The position numbers were made by a program, and so were the translations under genes. This document shows, in pieces, positions 35,826 to 48,959 of a stretch of 64,000 nucleotides of DNA. This stretch comes from Vicugna vicugna (taxonomy: Eukaryota): the NCBI GenBank assembly GCA_013265495.1, contig MU059176.1:3283720-3347719 (forward strand), given 5' to 3'. How positions within the stretch are numbered: position 1 is the stretch's first letter; each line of letters opens with the position of its first letter. The notes below the pieces were generated by a model, which did no database searches, had not been told where the DNA came from, and saw only the letters and a list, made by a program, of their open reading frames with translations.

Positions 35826-37675
35826 GGACAGTTGGCTGAGAGCAGAGTCCCTGCCGAGGAGCTGGGGGTGGGCACTGACTCTCGACCACACCGTCTGAGG
35901 CCCTGGGAGCGCACCTGGGCCCGGAGCCACAGCCCCTGGTTCTGCAGGCACCAGGCACTCCTGCCTCTGCTACGTTGTGGGGGTGCCTCTCGTTGACCAG
36001 GCCTGTCACAGACCGGATGCCACAGGGGCCAGTCAGCTGGTGGTGACACGCCAGAGGGTGTTCGCTCTGTGAGGCTGAACATTACTACATCTCTCCTCCA
36101 GGAAGCCTTCCTTGGTCCCCAGGCCAGTCAAGGGCCTTCTGGACGCCATGTCCCCCTTGCTCACAGCACTGATACGGTGGCTGTGTCGCTCCTGTCTGCT
36201 CTCCATGTGACTTGAGCCAAGCTCTGAGTCTTCTCAGTGACCTCACTGTCACAGTGACAGGTCTTGCCCAGAGGCGACACTCTGAGTCCTCACAGTGAAG
36301 GGAGGAGACACGGAATAATCCTGCCCCTCCACGAGAGTCTGGGCAGAGGTCTGGGTCTCACCCCCAAGCAGCTACCAACCTGGGAAACAGGCTGATGTGG
36401 AGTGAGCAGCTGGGAAGAGCAGCCACCAACAGCCAGGCTCACGTGAGGCTGGAGTCTGCTCAGCCTGAGTGCCTCCAGAGGCCGCTTCTCCCTGAGAAGC
36501 TGGTCATCACAGTATCGCCGTCACATTTACAAATGGTCCTAACAACCACTCCAAAGGCTACCACTGCCTAGCTGTGGGGCGGGGGTACAGCTTCCTCTGT
36601 ACTGGTAACTTAGCCCCTTGCCCAGCTGTAGACACGGGAACCACCTGCCTTCCCCTCCACTCTGGGCAGCACTGGCTTCCACAGGCCATGAGAAGCCTGG
36701 CTTCATGGCTGGCAGAACACAGGTGGTCAGGGCTGGCTAGATCCTTGCAGTCCATCTCACAAATGGAGAAGACGAGGCCCCGAGGCAGGAGTGACTGTCT
36801 CAGGTCATATGGCAGGAATGGAACCAGGCCCCTGGGCTCCCAGCTATGGCCCTCCTGCCCTGGGGGTCACTGAACTACACTTGTGGGACCCAGATGGCTG
36901 ACAGGCAGCAAGCATTTTCTGGAGTGAACAGAACTAGGAACCTGGCACAGAGTTGGTCTAGTAAATGTGGCCTGTTACTATTAATTGTTCTCAGAATAAA
37001 AGCCTATTAAAATTCAAGGCCAATTCAGACTCTGTGAAGCTCTCTGGGCAGCCCCTCAAGAAAGCACAGAACCCTTGCTCCTCTTTAACCTTTCCCCAGC
37101 TGCCACTGAGCGTGAGGCCAGAGCCGCAGCTCACCTGCAGCACCGTCAAGTTCACACGAAGCCTCGTCTCGCACGCATGCGTCACCTCTCTAGCCTTTCC
37201 AAACGGTGCCAGGTTCCTTGAGCAGCCGTGCTTTACAAAAGCCGGGGTCCCGACCTCTGGCCTGCTTGTCCTCTGAGTCTCCGCTCTCCCTTTGTGGCCA
37301 CCACTGGCCTTCCTTCTGGGCTGGAGGCACCAGATCAGCCTCGGGCAGGCCTGGCCCCCGCCCTCCACAGCTGCTCTGTGAAAGGTCATGGGCTCTCAGC
37401 TGAGCAAGGTCATCACTCTGGCTGCCTCTCAAGCGGGAGGAGAGCTAAAGGGCTGGCCGATGAGCCCCGCACCTCAGGGCAGCACCAAGCTGAGCCTGCT
37501 CCACCAACTCGCCTCCCTGGGGCTCGGCCTGAAAGCGGCTCCCATTGTGGGATAACTGACGCCTTCATTCTCCCAGCACAGCTCGAGATCTGCCGCACAG
37601 ACCGCGCTTCCTGGCTCTGTCTCTTCCTGTGGGAGGCAGGCCAGCTCTGAACTTCCTCCTGTGTGTGTCTCCCTG

Positions 37676-37708
37676 CAGCAGGTGAGCTCCCACCAGCAGG
37701 TGAGCTCC
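37676..37708. repeat. 18-bp-period tandem duplication
   Basis: CAGCAGGTGAGCTCC-CAC-CAGCAGGTGAGCTCC. Confidence 0.8.
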
Positions 37709-38069
37709 AGGAGGCAGCGTCCTGTCCCTGCTGTGGCCCGTGCCCAGAGCCCTGGCCACACGACAGAGGCGCAGGAGATCTTACTGGGGAGCGAGTGCAG
37801 AGGCAGCAAGGAGGAGGCCTGCTCCCACCATGTGCTCACACCAGCAAGAGGCCCTGAGGGAGACTGAGCCTCACACAGGGCTGGGGCTGGAACCTGCCTG
37901 CTGGTACCTCTGCTCAGACGCCTTCTTCCGTTTTCTCAGCTGGGAAATGGGTGGTCAGAATCTTTACCTCTGGAGGTTGCCGTGAAGCGCAAGTGAGATG
38001 ATTGTGTAGTATGCGGCACAGAGCGGGTTCCTAAGAAAGTAGGACTGCCACCAAAGCGTTTCTACTCTG

Positions 38070-38245
38070 CTCCTGCTTCATTCTGTCTTGTGTTAAATGT
38101 GAATAGTTGCTAAGTTGCTCTCTCCTGCCAAACAGGGGGAATCTGAGGGGAGACCTGAGCTTTATTCTTTTCTGTACCTAAGTACCCAGCACAGAGCCTG
38201 GCAGAGTTAGGGATCAGCAAACAGTAACGGAAAGAAAGCGAAGAA
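38070..38245 (+). mobile_element. L2 LINE 3' end
   Basis: ...TTTTCTGTACCTAAGTACCCAGCACAGAGCCTGGCAGAGTTAGGGATCAGCAAACAGTAA followed by a purine-rich tail. Confidence 0.6.
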
Positions 38246-40459
38246 GGACGGGGGTGAGAAAGAGAAGGAGGGAGGAAGAGAAGAGAGCAATGAAGGGGAT
38301 CTTACCTCTGAGCAGATTAAACCCACTGCCTATTATTTAGGGGGCAAGGCGAGAGGCATAGAGAGCCTGGAAAGCACTATTGTGGCACCTGCTGTTGTGT
38401 TTTCTATGAAACACAGGACCTCAGGACATCTGATGGAAATTCACAACACACGTTACAGGCTCTGAGAAGTTCTGCAGTCATTCATGGGATAGCCCCCGTC
38501 CCCTCACTTAACACAGTATCCTGGGGAGCTCTGCCCCGACCCCTCTGGGAGGCTCTGAGTTACGGGCTTAGAGATCCCAGAATGGTCCACTTCATCCTCA
38601 TCTTACAGGTCGTGGTGGCTCAGAGACTGAGGCGGCACAGGGCAGGGCAGGGAACAGGGCACTAACTCCCAGCACATGGAGCCTGGCATGGCTTCCTCTG
38701 TGCCTCAGAGCCTCAAGGGTAGGGCAGATGGCACTCCCTTCTTGTCTTCTCAGGAAGGCTGTCCTGAGGGCAGGAAGCTAACAGGTAGTGTTCCTGGGGC
38801 CCAGCAGAGGTTTGAATGTTAAAGGTGAACCCTAGGGCATGCAAGGTGCGTGGTACCAAGCACTTCCGCTCCAGGAGAATGGTCCTGGGCTCCACATTAG
38901 AAGGGACTCCAGGTCCCCCACCCTGCTGCGCCCCCATCCCAGCTCCTCTGAAGCAGCCAGGCCCGTTCCTGCCAGCTCCGGCTGGCACACTGTCTCCACT
39001 GATGCCAGCCCGCAGGCTCCTCCAGGACAAGGGCCGAGCCCAGAACTGGGCACCGAGCAGGCTTTCCGAGCCTGCCGAGCAGAAGGGTCCCGGCTCAAAC
39101 TCTGTCCTCCTGTGGCCCCTGCTTTGTACCATGTCTGCTCTTGGGAACTGCACACAAGGGAGCTGCCGCTGGGCCAGGTGCAGGCATTGCCTCAGCTTCA
39201 CTCTCCTTCTCAACACCACGCAGTGCCGCGTCCAGCAGAAAGCTCTGCTTCTCCCTCCTCCTTGAGGAGAAGTGAGATAGAATTTGAGTCGTTCCCAGAA
39301 ATCCTGGGCTTCAGGGGCCTGCTGCCAGTCAGGCCAGGCTGCCCGCCAGGTCGACTCTAATTTGATCCAACCCATCCAAATCCAATTATGTTCTGCAAAC
39401 TCGGACCAAGTGTCTCCTTGGTGCCCAGGATGGGGCGGGGAGCAACGAGGACACAGAAGCGTTGCTGCCACATCGCCGGGTCTATATTCAGACTCCGTCA
39501 CTTGCTGTGTGACCTTAGACAATCACATCACCTCTCTGAGCCTTAGTTTTCACCTGTGGAAAGTGGATAGTCACAGGACCTGCCTGCCTCACAGGCACTC
39601 AGCGTGCAGTCCCTTCTCTGGGCCAGTGAGGCTGGCTAAGGGTGCAGGGAAGGATTGAGGGCCTTCACCCTGGGCAGAGGGAGCCATAGAAAGCTTGTAA
39701 ATCGGGCAGCAATGCACTCTGTGTTAGAAAGATCTCTGGATGCTGCATATGGAGGGAATCTGCCGGGGCAAGAGTGCAGGCAGGAAGCAGGTGGGAGACT
39801 ACTGTTCTCACCCCGAAAGGGATGAAGGAGCCTGGAGGGAAGGCAGCGTCTGTGGGGACAGGGAGGAGGGCTGGACTGGGGACACATTTCAGAGCCCCTT
39901 TCTCTGAGCTTTCCAGAAGACGTGAGGCAGGGACTCTGGCTCTAACTATACTTTTACTTAATTTACCCCTCGCTATAAAGCCTGAGATGTGGCTATTGCA
40001 TGATTTCATAAACAAGCACACGAGGCTGGATGAGGGTGGGGGAAAGACGTGCCAGGGCCACACTGTGCACGAGAGGCAGGGCCAGAGTTCCAAGCTGCAC
40101 CTTCCTCTCCCAAGCGCCCAGAGCTTCCTTCTGAAGGGCTGCTCCCCAGGTTCACGCCTTCCCTAGCCCCTGTGACAGCCCCCTGCAGCCCTTTCCCACC
40201 AGGGCCTATTTTCCCAAAGGCCTTCTGTCATTTTTGGATGGTCCACAAGAGTGTGCGCAGAGGTAAACGATGGCAGAGTCTGCCTGCCCCAAACCAGTGT
40301 GTACACCGTGTCTTTTGCAAAGCAAAGTTCACGGATGCATCTAAAACAGGGCAGTGTGTGTGGGGGGGTGCAGGCTCGATCTGTTTGTACTTAGGAGCAG
40401 GCCTTTCTTGTAGCCCCCGGCCAGAATAACAAAGCTGGAATGTGTGCCTCCCAGGGGTC

Positions 40460-40473
40460 GTTGCTATGGTGAC
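40460..40473 (-). promoter_or_regulatory. RFX X-box
   Basis: GTTGCTATGGTGAC; the minus strand GTCACC-AT-AGCAAC fits GTNRCC-N(0-3)-RGYAAC. Confidence 0.45.
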
Positions 40474-41869
40474 TTCATCAATAACATCATTTTCCGCATC
40501 CCTGTCCCTTAAACACTCGGGAAGGGAAGGCAAGCTGGGAACTGCAGAGCAGGGAGAAAAGAACAATTACGTTGCTCCGCCCTCCCCCAACTCGGGAGGA
40601 AGGGATCTTCCTCCCCTTCCACCTCATCAGTACAAAATGACGGAGCCCAGGATGGGGCTGGAGCCTTGGGAGGCGGCAGGAAGAGGCTGCTGCCATCCCC
40701 AGCCCAGCCTCAGCAAGCCGACCAAGCTAGGCAGGGTAAAGCAAACATAGGCTCCCACGTGCTTCAAAGAGGGGCTGAAGGAAACACCAGAAGGGTCTTG
40801 CTTTGGGGGGAAGACGCAGGAGCAGTGGCGGGGATGGGACCGTGGGAGAGGTGACAATGACAACAGCTGTGCACGTCCGTCCAGAGCTGCCTGTGTGTCG
40901 GGCTGTGCCACACGCTCCACATGTGTTATCTCATGAATTCTCCTGACAGCTCCGCAGGGCGGTTCTATCATGGTACTAGCCTCACTTAACAGACGAGAAC
41001 ACTGAGGCACAGAGAGGTTAATAACTGAGGTAAGGCAAGGCGGCGGGGCTGGATCTAGGGACAGTGTGAAAGCAAGACAGCCTCTGTGCTGCAGAACAAG
41101 CAGGGCAGAAATTCGCGGCTGCTGACAGCCTTGCTCCCGTTACCGAGCGCCCACGGCACCCCACACACGTCACGTGAATAACTGCCCGTAAGCCTCGTGG
41201 CCGCTTCCAAGTAGGTGCTGTTACCCCCACTTTGCGAGCGAGGAGAGTAGGTCGAAGAGAGGCTCGGTAACTTGTCCGGGGGTCACGGGTGGGACAGGCA
41301 TTCATGCTCACTTCAGAGCCTGTGCTCCCAGTGGGCTTCCAGGAGGCAGTGTTGCATTCACGTCCAGGGGAGGGGCAGGGAAACCAGAGTGGCCCCCTTC
41401 TACTCCACTCCCCATGGTGATCTGGAGCCCTGAAATGGCCAGGCCCCTGCCTTCCCTGGCTATGTCCACGCTTCCATGTTGTCTCTCCAAGCCCACCTCA
41501 AGCGCCAGCTTCTCCAAAGTGCCTGTTTTTTTACCCAACCTTTCCCGCAGCCAGGGAGTGACAGCTCCATGTTCCTCAGATTCCCGGCCTGAGATCACTG
41601 GGGCAGAGCCAGGAGCACACCCTGTTCACTCCTGATCTGCAGAGCCTAGCCCCAGACCTGGCACAAAGGCAGAGACAGAACACAGGCCCTTACAATACCA
41701 CCCTGCAAGGTAAGCAGTTTTGTCCTCATTTTACGGAGCTGTTCAGAGAAGTTGAGCAATTTGCCCTTGGTCACTTGGGTTGGACGTGGTAGAGCTGAAA
41801 CTTGAACCCTGTTCTGTCTGCCTTGAAGACCCACCCTTCTCCAGCTGCAGAGGGAACTTCCCGGAGCGT

Positions 41870-42345
41870 AAACGTGACTGTGTCTTCCTAACTGTTAAAA
41901 ACCCTTCGATGCCCCCACGCCGGCCAGGGCTCATAGGGTTAGGTTGAAAGTTCTCAGCATGGTGGTCCAGGTCCTCCAGACCCACTCCCCCCCGCGGGCC
42001 ACGGCCTAAGGGAACAGGGATGCTCTGCTGTCAGCCAGCACAGACTGCCTTCCCTTCTCACCTTGGTCCCTTTGGGGATGTAGCCTTCTGCCTGGGACAC
42101 ACTCTCTCTCCTTTGAATAGTAGCTTCTGACTAGTTATTTGAGATTCTGCTCCAGTGTTACCTCTTCTAGGAAGCCCTCCTTCTTGCCACTCTTACCTCG
42201 AGTCACTCGGCTAGATTAGGGGCCTGGCCTGGGCCTCCACACCCCGGACTCCCCTCTCTCATAGCACCCCCCACACGAATTGTAACTTCTAAGTTTGCTG
42301 GGTCTCCCTCACCAGACTGGGGGTCCTTGAGGAGGCAGGGCCCAA
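41870..42345 (+). mobile_element. L2 LINE fragment
   Basis: CTGTTAAAAACCCTTCGATG...GTTACCTCTTCTAGGAAGCCCTCC...CCCTCACCAGACTGGGGGTCCTTGAGGAGGCAGGG. Confidence 0.65.
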
Positions 42346-43684
42346 GACTGAGCCGACTCTTTGCCTCCCCCACCCCTGGCCCTGCACGATGTCCATCCCC
42401 AGAGTGAAGGCCTGAGAAATGTTCGCTGAACCCAGCTGTACTGGCGAGGGGCCTGGGCTTGGCCACTCTGGGCTTTGGACTCTGCATCAGAACAGTGGCC
42501 AACACTCAGGCAACACGATGCCTCTGTCTGAAGGCCCAGGCGGCTGCTGCCTGCAGTGCAGGGCTGGCCCCAAGCCTGTGCCGCCTGCCTGCCCACCCGC
42601 CGGTCAGGCTCCACCTCAAGCCCCTAATTACACTCCAAGCATCCGTGCCTGGATGGTGCGCTGAGAGACTCTCATTATGAGGCCTGGGCTTAGCAGAAAT
42701 GCAGGACTCTGTCTCCCATCCTGTGCCCCCAAAATTACATCCTCCCTGGCAATTCCAGGCCTGGCTGGGGTGTCCCACACTAGACCCCCAGCCGACCGTG
42801 AGTCCAGCCTACCCCGGGCTGCAACCCTAGGGGTGGCCCTACATGGGAAATGGGAGTAAGACTGTGGGCTTCCACTTACCCAGAGCTCCCCAGTGCCAGG
42901 CCCCATGACAGGCTCTTTGCCAATGCCCCGAATTGACCGTCTCCATGACTCTGCATGCCAGGTGCCATCAGCAGGCCCACCTGACAGGTGACAATGCTGA
43001 GGCTCAGAGAGAGGTCTCTACCTTGTGTGGTGGAGTGGGGCCCCACCCCTCTGAGTGCCAGGTACCAACAGCAGGCCCACAGGGGTCCCGGCACCTTGGC
43101 TGAATGCTCACTTCACACCACCAGCCCTGGTGCCCTCTGGGCTGCCTCAGTGGCCCTCCGGGGGACTTTGCTCTGCTCCTTGTCCTTGCCAGCATCTCAC
43201 TGCCCTCATCAGCCTGATCCTTTCCCACTGTCCCCCAGGCACACAGACCCCTTTACCTTCCCACCACCTCCAGCCCTACTTCCAGGCTTGAAGGCCCCCT
43301 GCCAGGGCCCCGGGAGGACTGGCCCTTCTGAATGTGCACCCCGCCTCCCCTCAGCACTCGCTGGCCAGCTGGTGCAACCACGAGAGTCCAGCCCTCCTGT
43401 GTTTGAATCCCGACTCCTTCCACATTCCCCTGCTCAGTGGCCTGTGGGGTCTCTTTCCACCAATCTTTAGGGAGGGTCTCCTTCCACAAGACCAGCCTGC
43501 TTTCTGTCTGTGCCTTTCACCCGCTTGGCTCTCACAGCGGCTGGACCACAGTCCAGCCCATCATGCGTGTTTAGCAAACACCTGTAGTGTGGCTGGCCCC
43601 GAAGTGCCTGGTTACTTACGAACAAGGGCCCGGCTCCAAATCAAAGCCGCCCTACTCTGAGTTTGCATATGAGCAAACTGCCAG

Positions 43685-43748
43685 AGGGACTGGTTTTCTG
43701 GAAAGCTAGAACTGGAAGGGACTGGTTTTCTGGAAAGCCAGAACTGGA
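43685..43748. repeat. 32-bp tandem duplication
   Basis: AGGGACTGGTTTTCTGGAAAGCTAGAACTGGA followed directly by AGGGACTGGTTTTCTGGAAAGCCAGAACTGGA (1 mismatch). Confidence 0.9.
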
Positions 43749-44884
43749 AAGGAGCTTAAAGAGCATCTAGATGAAGCCTCAACTTTTCCACTGAGGGGGC
43801 CAAAGTCCGCCGGACTGGACCCACCCTGGGCCACGCAGTAGCCATTAGTGTCCACACGGAGCCTTGGCTCCCAGTGCCTTGACCCTCAAGTTCCTCATTC
43901 TTTCCGTCACATCAGGAGGTGGCTTACGAGGCATTGCTGGTTCGGGGGTCACTCACCCACTCAGTCACTTACTCCTACACTTTTGCTGGGCAGCACCTTT
44001 GTGCAGGCCCAGCTCGAGCGCCCACCTGTCACAGGTGCATTTTCAGCTAAGACCAAGTCCTTTGCCACGGCTGCTCACTGGGTGGGCAGGCACCGTGTAC
44101 AGGACAGACGGACAGATGGGCAGACAGAGAATTCAGACTGTGGCTGACTCCTGGCATGTCAGGTGAGAGCAGAGAGGCTGGGCTGGTCTGCCCTCTCAGA
44201 AAGCGGACACGGACACCAGCCTCCCTTCAGCTCCTCACCTCCTGTGCCTTGGCCAGTCCTGCCACTGGGAGCCCCCGGAAAGCTGCCTCTGTGAGGTGGG
44301 GGGGAGCTTGTCTGATGGCTGTGAGGACCACATGGCAGTCTGTGCAGACACACGTGGACAGATGTCTGCAAGACTGCAGGTGCCACGGGAAGGTCAGCAT
44401 CACCGGGTGGGAGGGTGGGCCTGGGTTCACCAGCTCTACTTCCCACACCTATTCTGGCTCGTTGTAAGGTGTGTGGCCTGGAACTTGCTGGGTTTCCTCC
44501 TCTATGAAGCAGAGGAGGAAGGCCACTAAAGAGAGTCAAGAGGGAATGGCTCCCGCTCAGGGTCCCCGACCACCCCTCTCAAGACGCAGGTGGTGCTCAG
44601 TAAAGGCTGGCCTGCACCACCCGCCAGCCCCCTTTGGCCAACTCTACAGTGTCTGTCCCTTTGGAGCTGCACACTCACCTTCTCCTCCATCTCTTTCCAA
44701 GGATAATGGTCCTTCCTCTTCCTGCCCCTGAAGTTCCCTAGCTGGTCACTAGGCGTCACCACAAGCACATCCAAGCCCCTCTGAGGCCCAGGTGAACTGG
44801 GAACACAGGCTTGTGAGACTTTCTTACCTCCTGAGATTTTACTCTGCTCAGGCTCTGGAGGCTAGAGATGGCCCCTTCCCGCCC

Positions 44885-45082
44885 CAGGGCTGCCAGATAT
44901 AGCAAATAAAAACATAGGCTACCTGGCTAAGTCTGGCTCTCAGATAAATAATAAGTATTTCCCGAATATACGTATGTCCCAAGTGTTGCATGGGTCATAT
45001 TCATACCAAAAGAAAAAACTAGTCATTGCTTATATGAAACCCAAATTGAAATGGGTGTCCCATATTTTATCTGGCAACCCTA
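44885..45082. mobile_element. MER53 palindromic hAT MITE, near full length
   Basis: Terminal inverted repeats CAGGGCTGCCAGATATAGCAAATAAAAA / TATTTTATCTGGCAACCCTA and a central GTATGTCCCAA...TGGGTCATAT palindrome. Confidence 0.85.
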
Positions 45083-46049
45083 TCCGTCCTTCCACAGGGA
45101 TCCTAAAGGAAGCCATGGGGGACAGTCAGCTCACAGACCTCAGGCCCCGGCCTTGCCATGAACAGGGAGCAAGTCTGTTTCTCCCTCCCAATAGGTGACA
45201 GATGGAGGGAGTGCGGGTGTGGGAAAGGCCAACGTGGTGGCCTCGAGTGTTCTCACAGCAGCTCTGGGGGGCCTGGGAGGAGCAGCCACAAGCGCACCGG
45301 GGGACGCACCAGCAGGACGCAAGCAGCTGCTCCGCACCACAGCCGGTGCCTCACCCCCAATGCCCCCACGTGCCGGGATGAGGGCCCGCGCTTCGGCCCT
45401 GTGCCAGCTCCGTCCCAGGCCAGCTGCACCCACTGTCTCTTCCTGGGCCTCCGTTCCCTCCTTTGCACAACGGGGTGACAGCTGTTACTTCCCAGGGTCC
45501 TTGGAGGAGTAAAGGGCGGCCAGAGGCTTGGCACACAGTAGGAACTCCATACATGCCGAGTACCTTTCCCTTCCCCAGGGCTCATTTCAAAGGCAGAACT
45601 TTGGGAAATCACGCTGATTCCTACCATTTATTCTAACTTGAACAGACTGCCGAGTGGTCACTTCACTTGGTAAACAAACGTGTGGGCACCCACTGGGTCA
45701 GCTGCTGGGGACCCTGGGGAACAAGAGGCCAGGTTTGGGGCAGGAGGGAGGAACGGTATTGCAGAAGAGCAATGAGCTCACGCAGAGGCATGGAGACATG
45801 AACAGGGTGGGGGAGCGTTTCTGAACTTCTGACCATCTTGGGCTGTCTTGCTGGAGAGGCCCAGGCTGACCTGCACGGGACTGCAGCTGTGGGAGAGAAG
45901 AGAGCCCGGGCGGGCCCTCAGTAGTGGCACCAGCCAGACCACAACACGCAGGGCAAGTCCCCCAGCTGCTGCTCGGCACCAGGGACGTGAAAGCACTTTG
46001 TGACATTCAGACATCATCTCCCTCATGAGATGAATCCAGTCCTCCTTCA

Positions 46050-46520
46050 CTTCCATTCAGCACATCTCCTCCGCTCCCTGCCCTGTGTTAGATGCAAGAA
46101 ACGCGTCTGTGGCCTTCTCAGGAGCTTGCCCACCGGCCCCCTAAGAGAGGTCCGAGCTGCTCTGAACCATGTGGTGCCTGTCGGGAGGATGACATGCTTG
46201 CCGTGGAGTCAGAGACGGCTTCACAGAGGAGACGAAAGCGAGTTGGGTTTTGAAGGATGATGACGAGTTCTCCAGAACATGGGGGGATGGGGAATGGCAT
46301 GTGAGGCAGAGGCAAGAGCACACAGCAAGGCCAGCAACTGGTAAAGGGCCCCCTGGTCACAGGGGGAGCAGAAGGCAGGTGGGGGCACTGGCGAGGGGCC
46401 ACACCGTGGAAGACAGAGGCTCTGGCACAGGAGAGACAAAGGTCTGCTTGTCAGCAGACAAGCTTCACGACGTGCACGGAATGGAGAGGAGCCACAGGGA
46501 GGTCCTGAGTGGGGAATGAC
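46050..46520 (-). mobile_element. L2 LINE fragment
   Basis: CCATTCAGCACATCTCC...GGCTTCACAGAGGAG...GGGTTTTGAAGGATGA...GAGTTCTCCAG matches the antisense L2 3' region. Confidence 0.6.
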
Positions 46521-48089
46521 ACGGCCAGAGGGCCATGGAGGACAGCGGCTCCGGCTGCCATCGGAAGGTGGATAGGACAGGCAGAGCCTGGAAACAGCTG
46601 CTGCGCTAACTCAGTGCGAGGGTGAAGCCTGGCCGGCAGAGGGCGGAGAGGCAGGGCCCCTGGCCTCACGGGGCTCCAGGCTGTGGGCAACCCCGGCTCC
46701 CACTCCTCCAGCCATTTATTCATTCAGGATCTTCGGTCTCAGGAGTTGGTCAGATGTGGGTTCAAATCTTGACTGCACCACTGACCATAGACAAACCCCT
46801 CGCTTCTCAATCTCCATTTTCTCACCGGCAGGATGGGAGAAGCCGCTACACAGCACAGGACTGTTCTCAGGATCTGATTACTCACGGCACAGTCCGGGCA
46901 CAGTGCTAGGCACACAGCGATGCCCAGGGACCGCTGACAGTTCTATCGGTCTCAGGTTCAGGCCTCCACTAGGGGACAGCATGTATACGTAGCTCATAAA
47001 ATAATTCTACGATGAACACTAATGTTTGTTCCATTTTACAGATAAGAAACTGAAGCTCTAGGACCTGCAGCCGGGAAGGGAGCCAGGGCCAGGGCCAGCT
47101 ACCCCTGCACTGTCCACGCTGGGAGGCCTGAGGCCCTGCAGCTTGGGGGAGCCCCCACCACCAGTGCCTATGGTACTGGGGTCCCCGCAGGGCTGCCTGG
47201 CCGGGGCTGGCTGGAGGCCAGGCCAGGAGAAGGGCGTGAAGCTGGGCCCACCAGCCAAAGGAGTTGTTTATGGGGTGGGAGGCTCGTTAAAGATAATGGG
47301 CTGGATTTATTGTCCCCGCCTCAAGGGCCGCTCTGGACTGCAAAGGGCCAGGACCAGCCTTCTCCGGCAGCACCGTAAATCTTCCTGCTAAATGGAGAGC
47401 TGTTTATTCTCCCGCCCACCTGGTCTGCAGGCAGGGCTGGAGGCAGGGCTTGGGGGAGTGAGAAGGACCTGCCCAGAGCTCCAGCCTGGGTGATCCACCC
47501 AGAGGAGCAGCCAGAGGGGCAGCCTTGAGTCTGGAGGAGCGGGGGCGGGGGGCTGGTAATTCTTGGGCAAGGCCACTGTTTCTCCTCATTTAAAAGAGAA
47601 AGTTCCCATCCATACACACCCACAGGGAACCCAGCACTCACAGCTGATGATGGAAAGCCCTGAAACAGGGCAGAGAATGTCCCTCACTCTGCAGGAGCCA
47701 GGCTGGGGCCCCCTGGGTCAAGGCCTGGCCAGACCCCACAGTGTGGGAATCACATCCTGAGGAAAGGTTGAAGGGGTTAAATGAGGTAGTACGAGGGTGG
47801 CCATATGTCTTCGCTTGCTTGGGAAAGTCTCAGTTTATACCTGCTGCCCTGTCACAATTAATAGAGCCTCCTTTCACTCTCTAAAGTGTACTGGTTTGAA
47901 CATTAACTTATATGGCTCCCAGTTAAGACAGGCAAAGTGCTCATAATGTGCCTGGTAGAGTTCTTAGCTATTCAATTGTTATTAGAATGCTAATGCCTGA
48001 CTGCTGGGTGGGTCCACGAACCCATGTGTAAAGTGGCACAGAACCCACATGCGTACGTCGTGCTAAAGCCAGCTCCCTGGCGCTGGCTC

Positions 48090-48208
48090 TGTTCTCCAGT
48101 GACGTAAGGAGTGACCACAGAGGGGACACTGGGCCACGGGCATGTGGGTCTCTCCTTACTATTTCTGCATTTCCTATGACTCTATAATTATTTCAAAATA
48201 AAAAAGTT
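48090..48208 (+). mobile_element. Ancient L1M (L1ME/L1MC-type) 3' end
   Basis: ...TACTATTTCTGCATTTCCTATGACTCTATAATTATTTCAAAATAAAAAAGTT, a characteristic old-L1 terminus. Confidence 0.7.
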
Positions 48209-48959
48209 GTAAAAACCCTATTATTTTGCCTCTAGTTATACTTGGGTACAAACTTACAGATAAAATGAACAGATCCTAAAAATAATTCATGCAGGGGTCC
48301 AATAAACAAAAGGATTAACTCTAATTGGCCAGAGGTCACGGGCACCGTCATTCAGGGCACACCTGTAAACTCGCAAACGAGCGGGAAGGGCGGGAGCGAA
48401 CAGCTGTGGCGGAGCCCAAGCCCTTCCCTGACCGGCCGCGAGCCCTCGGCCTCCTGCCCACATGTGCGTGTGGGACCCTGGTGGCTGGTCTTCATAGCAA
48501 GAGCCACTAGGGATGGTGGCACGGGAACGGCGGCCAGCAGCAACATCAGGAGTTACTTCCAGCCCGGAAGTCCGGGGCGTTCAGCACGGGGACGGACATC
48601 AAGAAGCGCTCTCTGGCCCTAAGAGGAGCGGCTGTCTCGGTCACGAGTTCATAACAAATTGCGTGGACTGCAGGGAAAAGAGGCCAGGCCAACTCAGGCT
48701 GTTCCCCTGAAGAGAGCAGGGGAGGGGGCGAGCCACTTCAGAAACTTTCCACCACAAAATGTTTTTTGAACTCTTGATGCTTAAAGAGGCACCTGTGACA
48801 CCCGGAGAGCTGGCGCCCGTGGAGCTGCCGGTGGGGCCAGCTGAGGTGGCATCTCTGCTTCTCCCGGGTCGCACCCCACCTGGGCCGGCGGCACAGAGCG
48901 GGCCCAGGCCGCGTCGGAGCCCTCCACACAGTCTGCCCAGGCTCAGAGGCCAGACTGCC

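Noticed and set aside
37660-37710. Plus-strand acceptor-CAG-donor (CCCTGCAG CAG GTGAGC) suggesting an antisense microexon
   Set aside because: No other evidence of a plus-strand transcript, and the motif is part of a small tandem duplication.
38713-39522. 269-aa minus-strand ORF
   Set aside because: No domain, and it starts inside a MIR relic (MSKVTQQV is translated MIR core).
48578-48600. REST/NRSE-like TTCAGCACGGGGACGGAC
   Set aside because: The left half matches but the spacing and right half do not.
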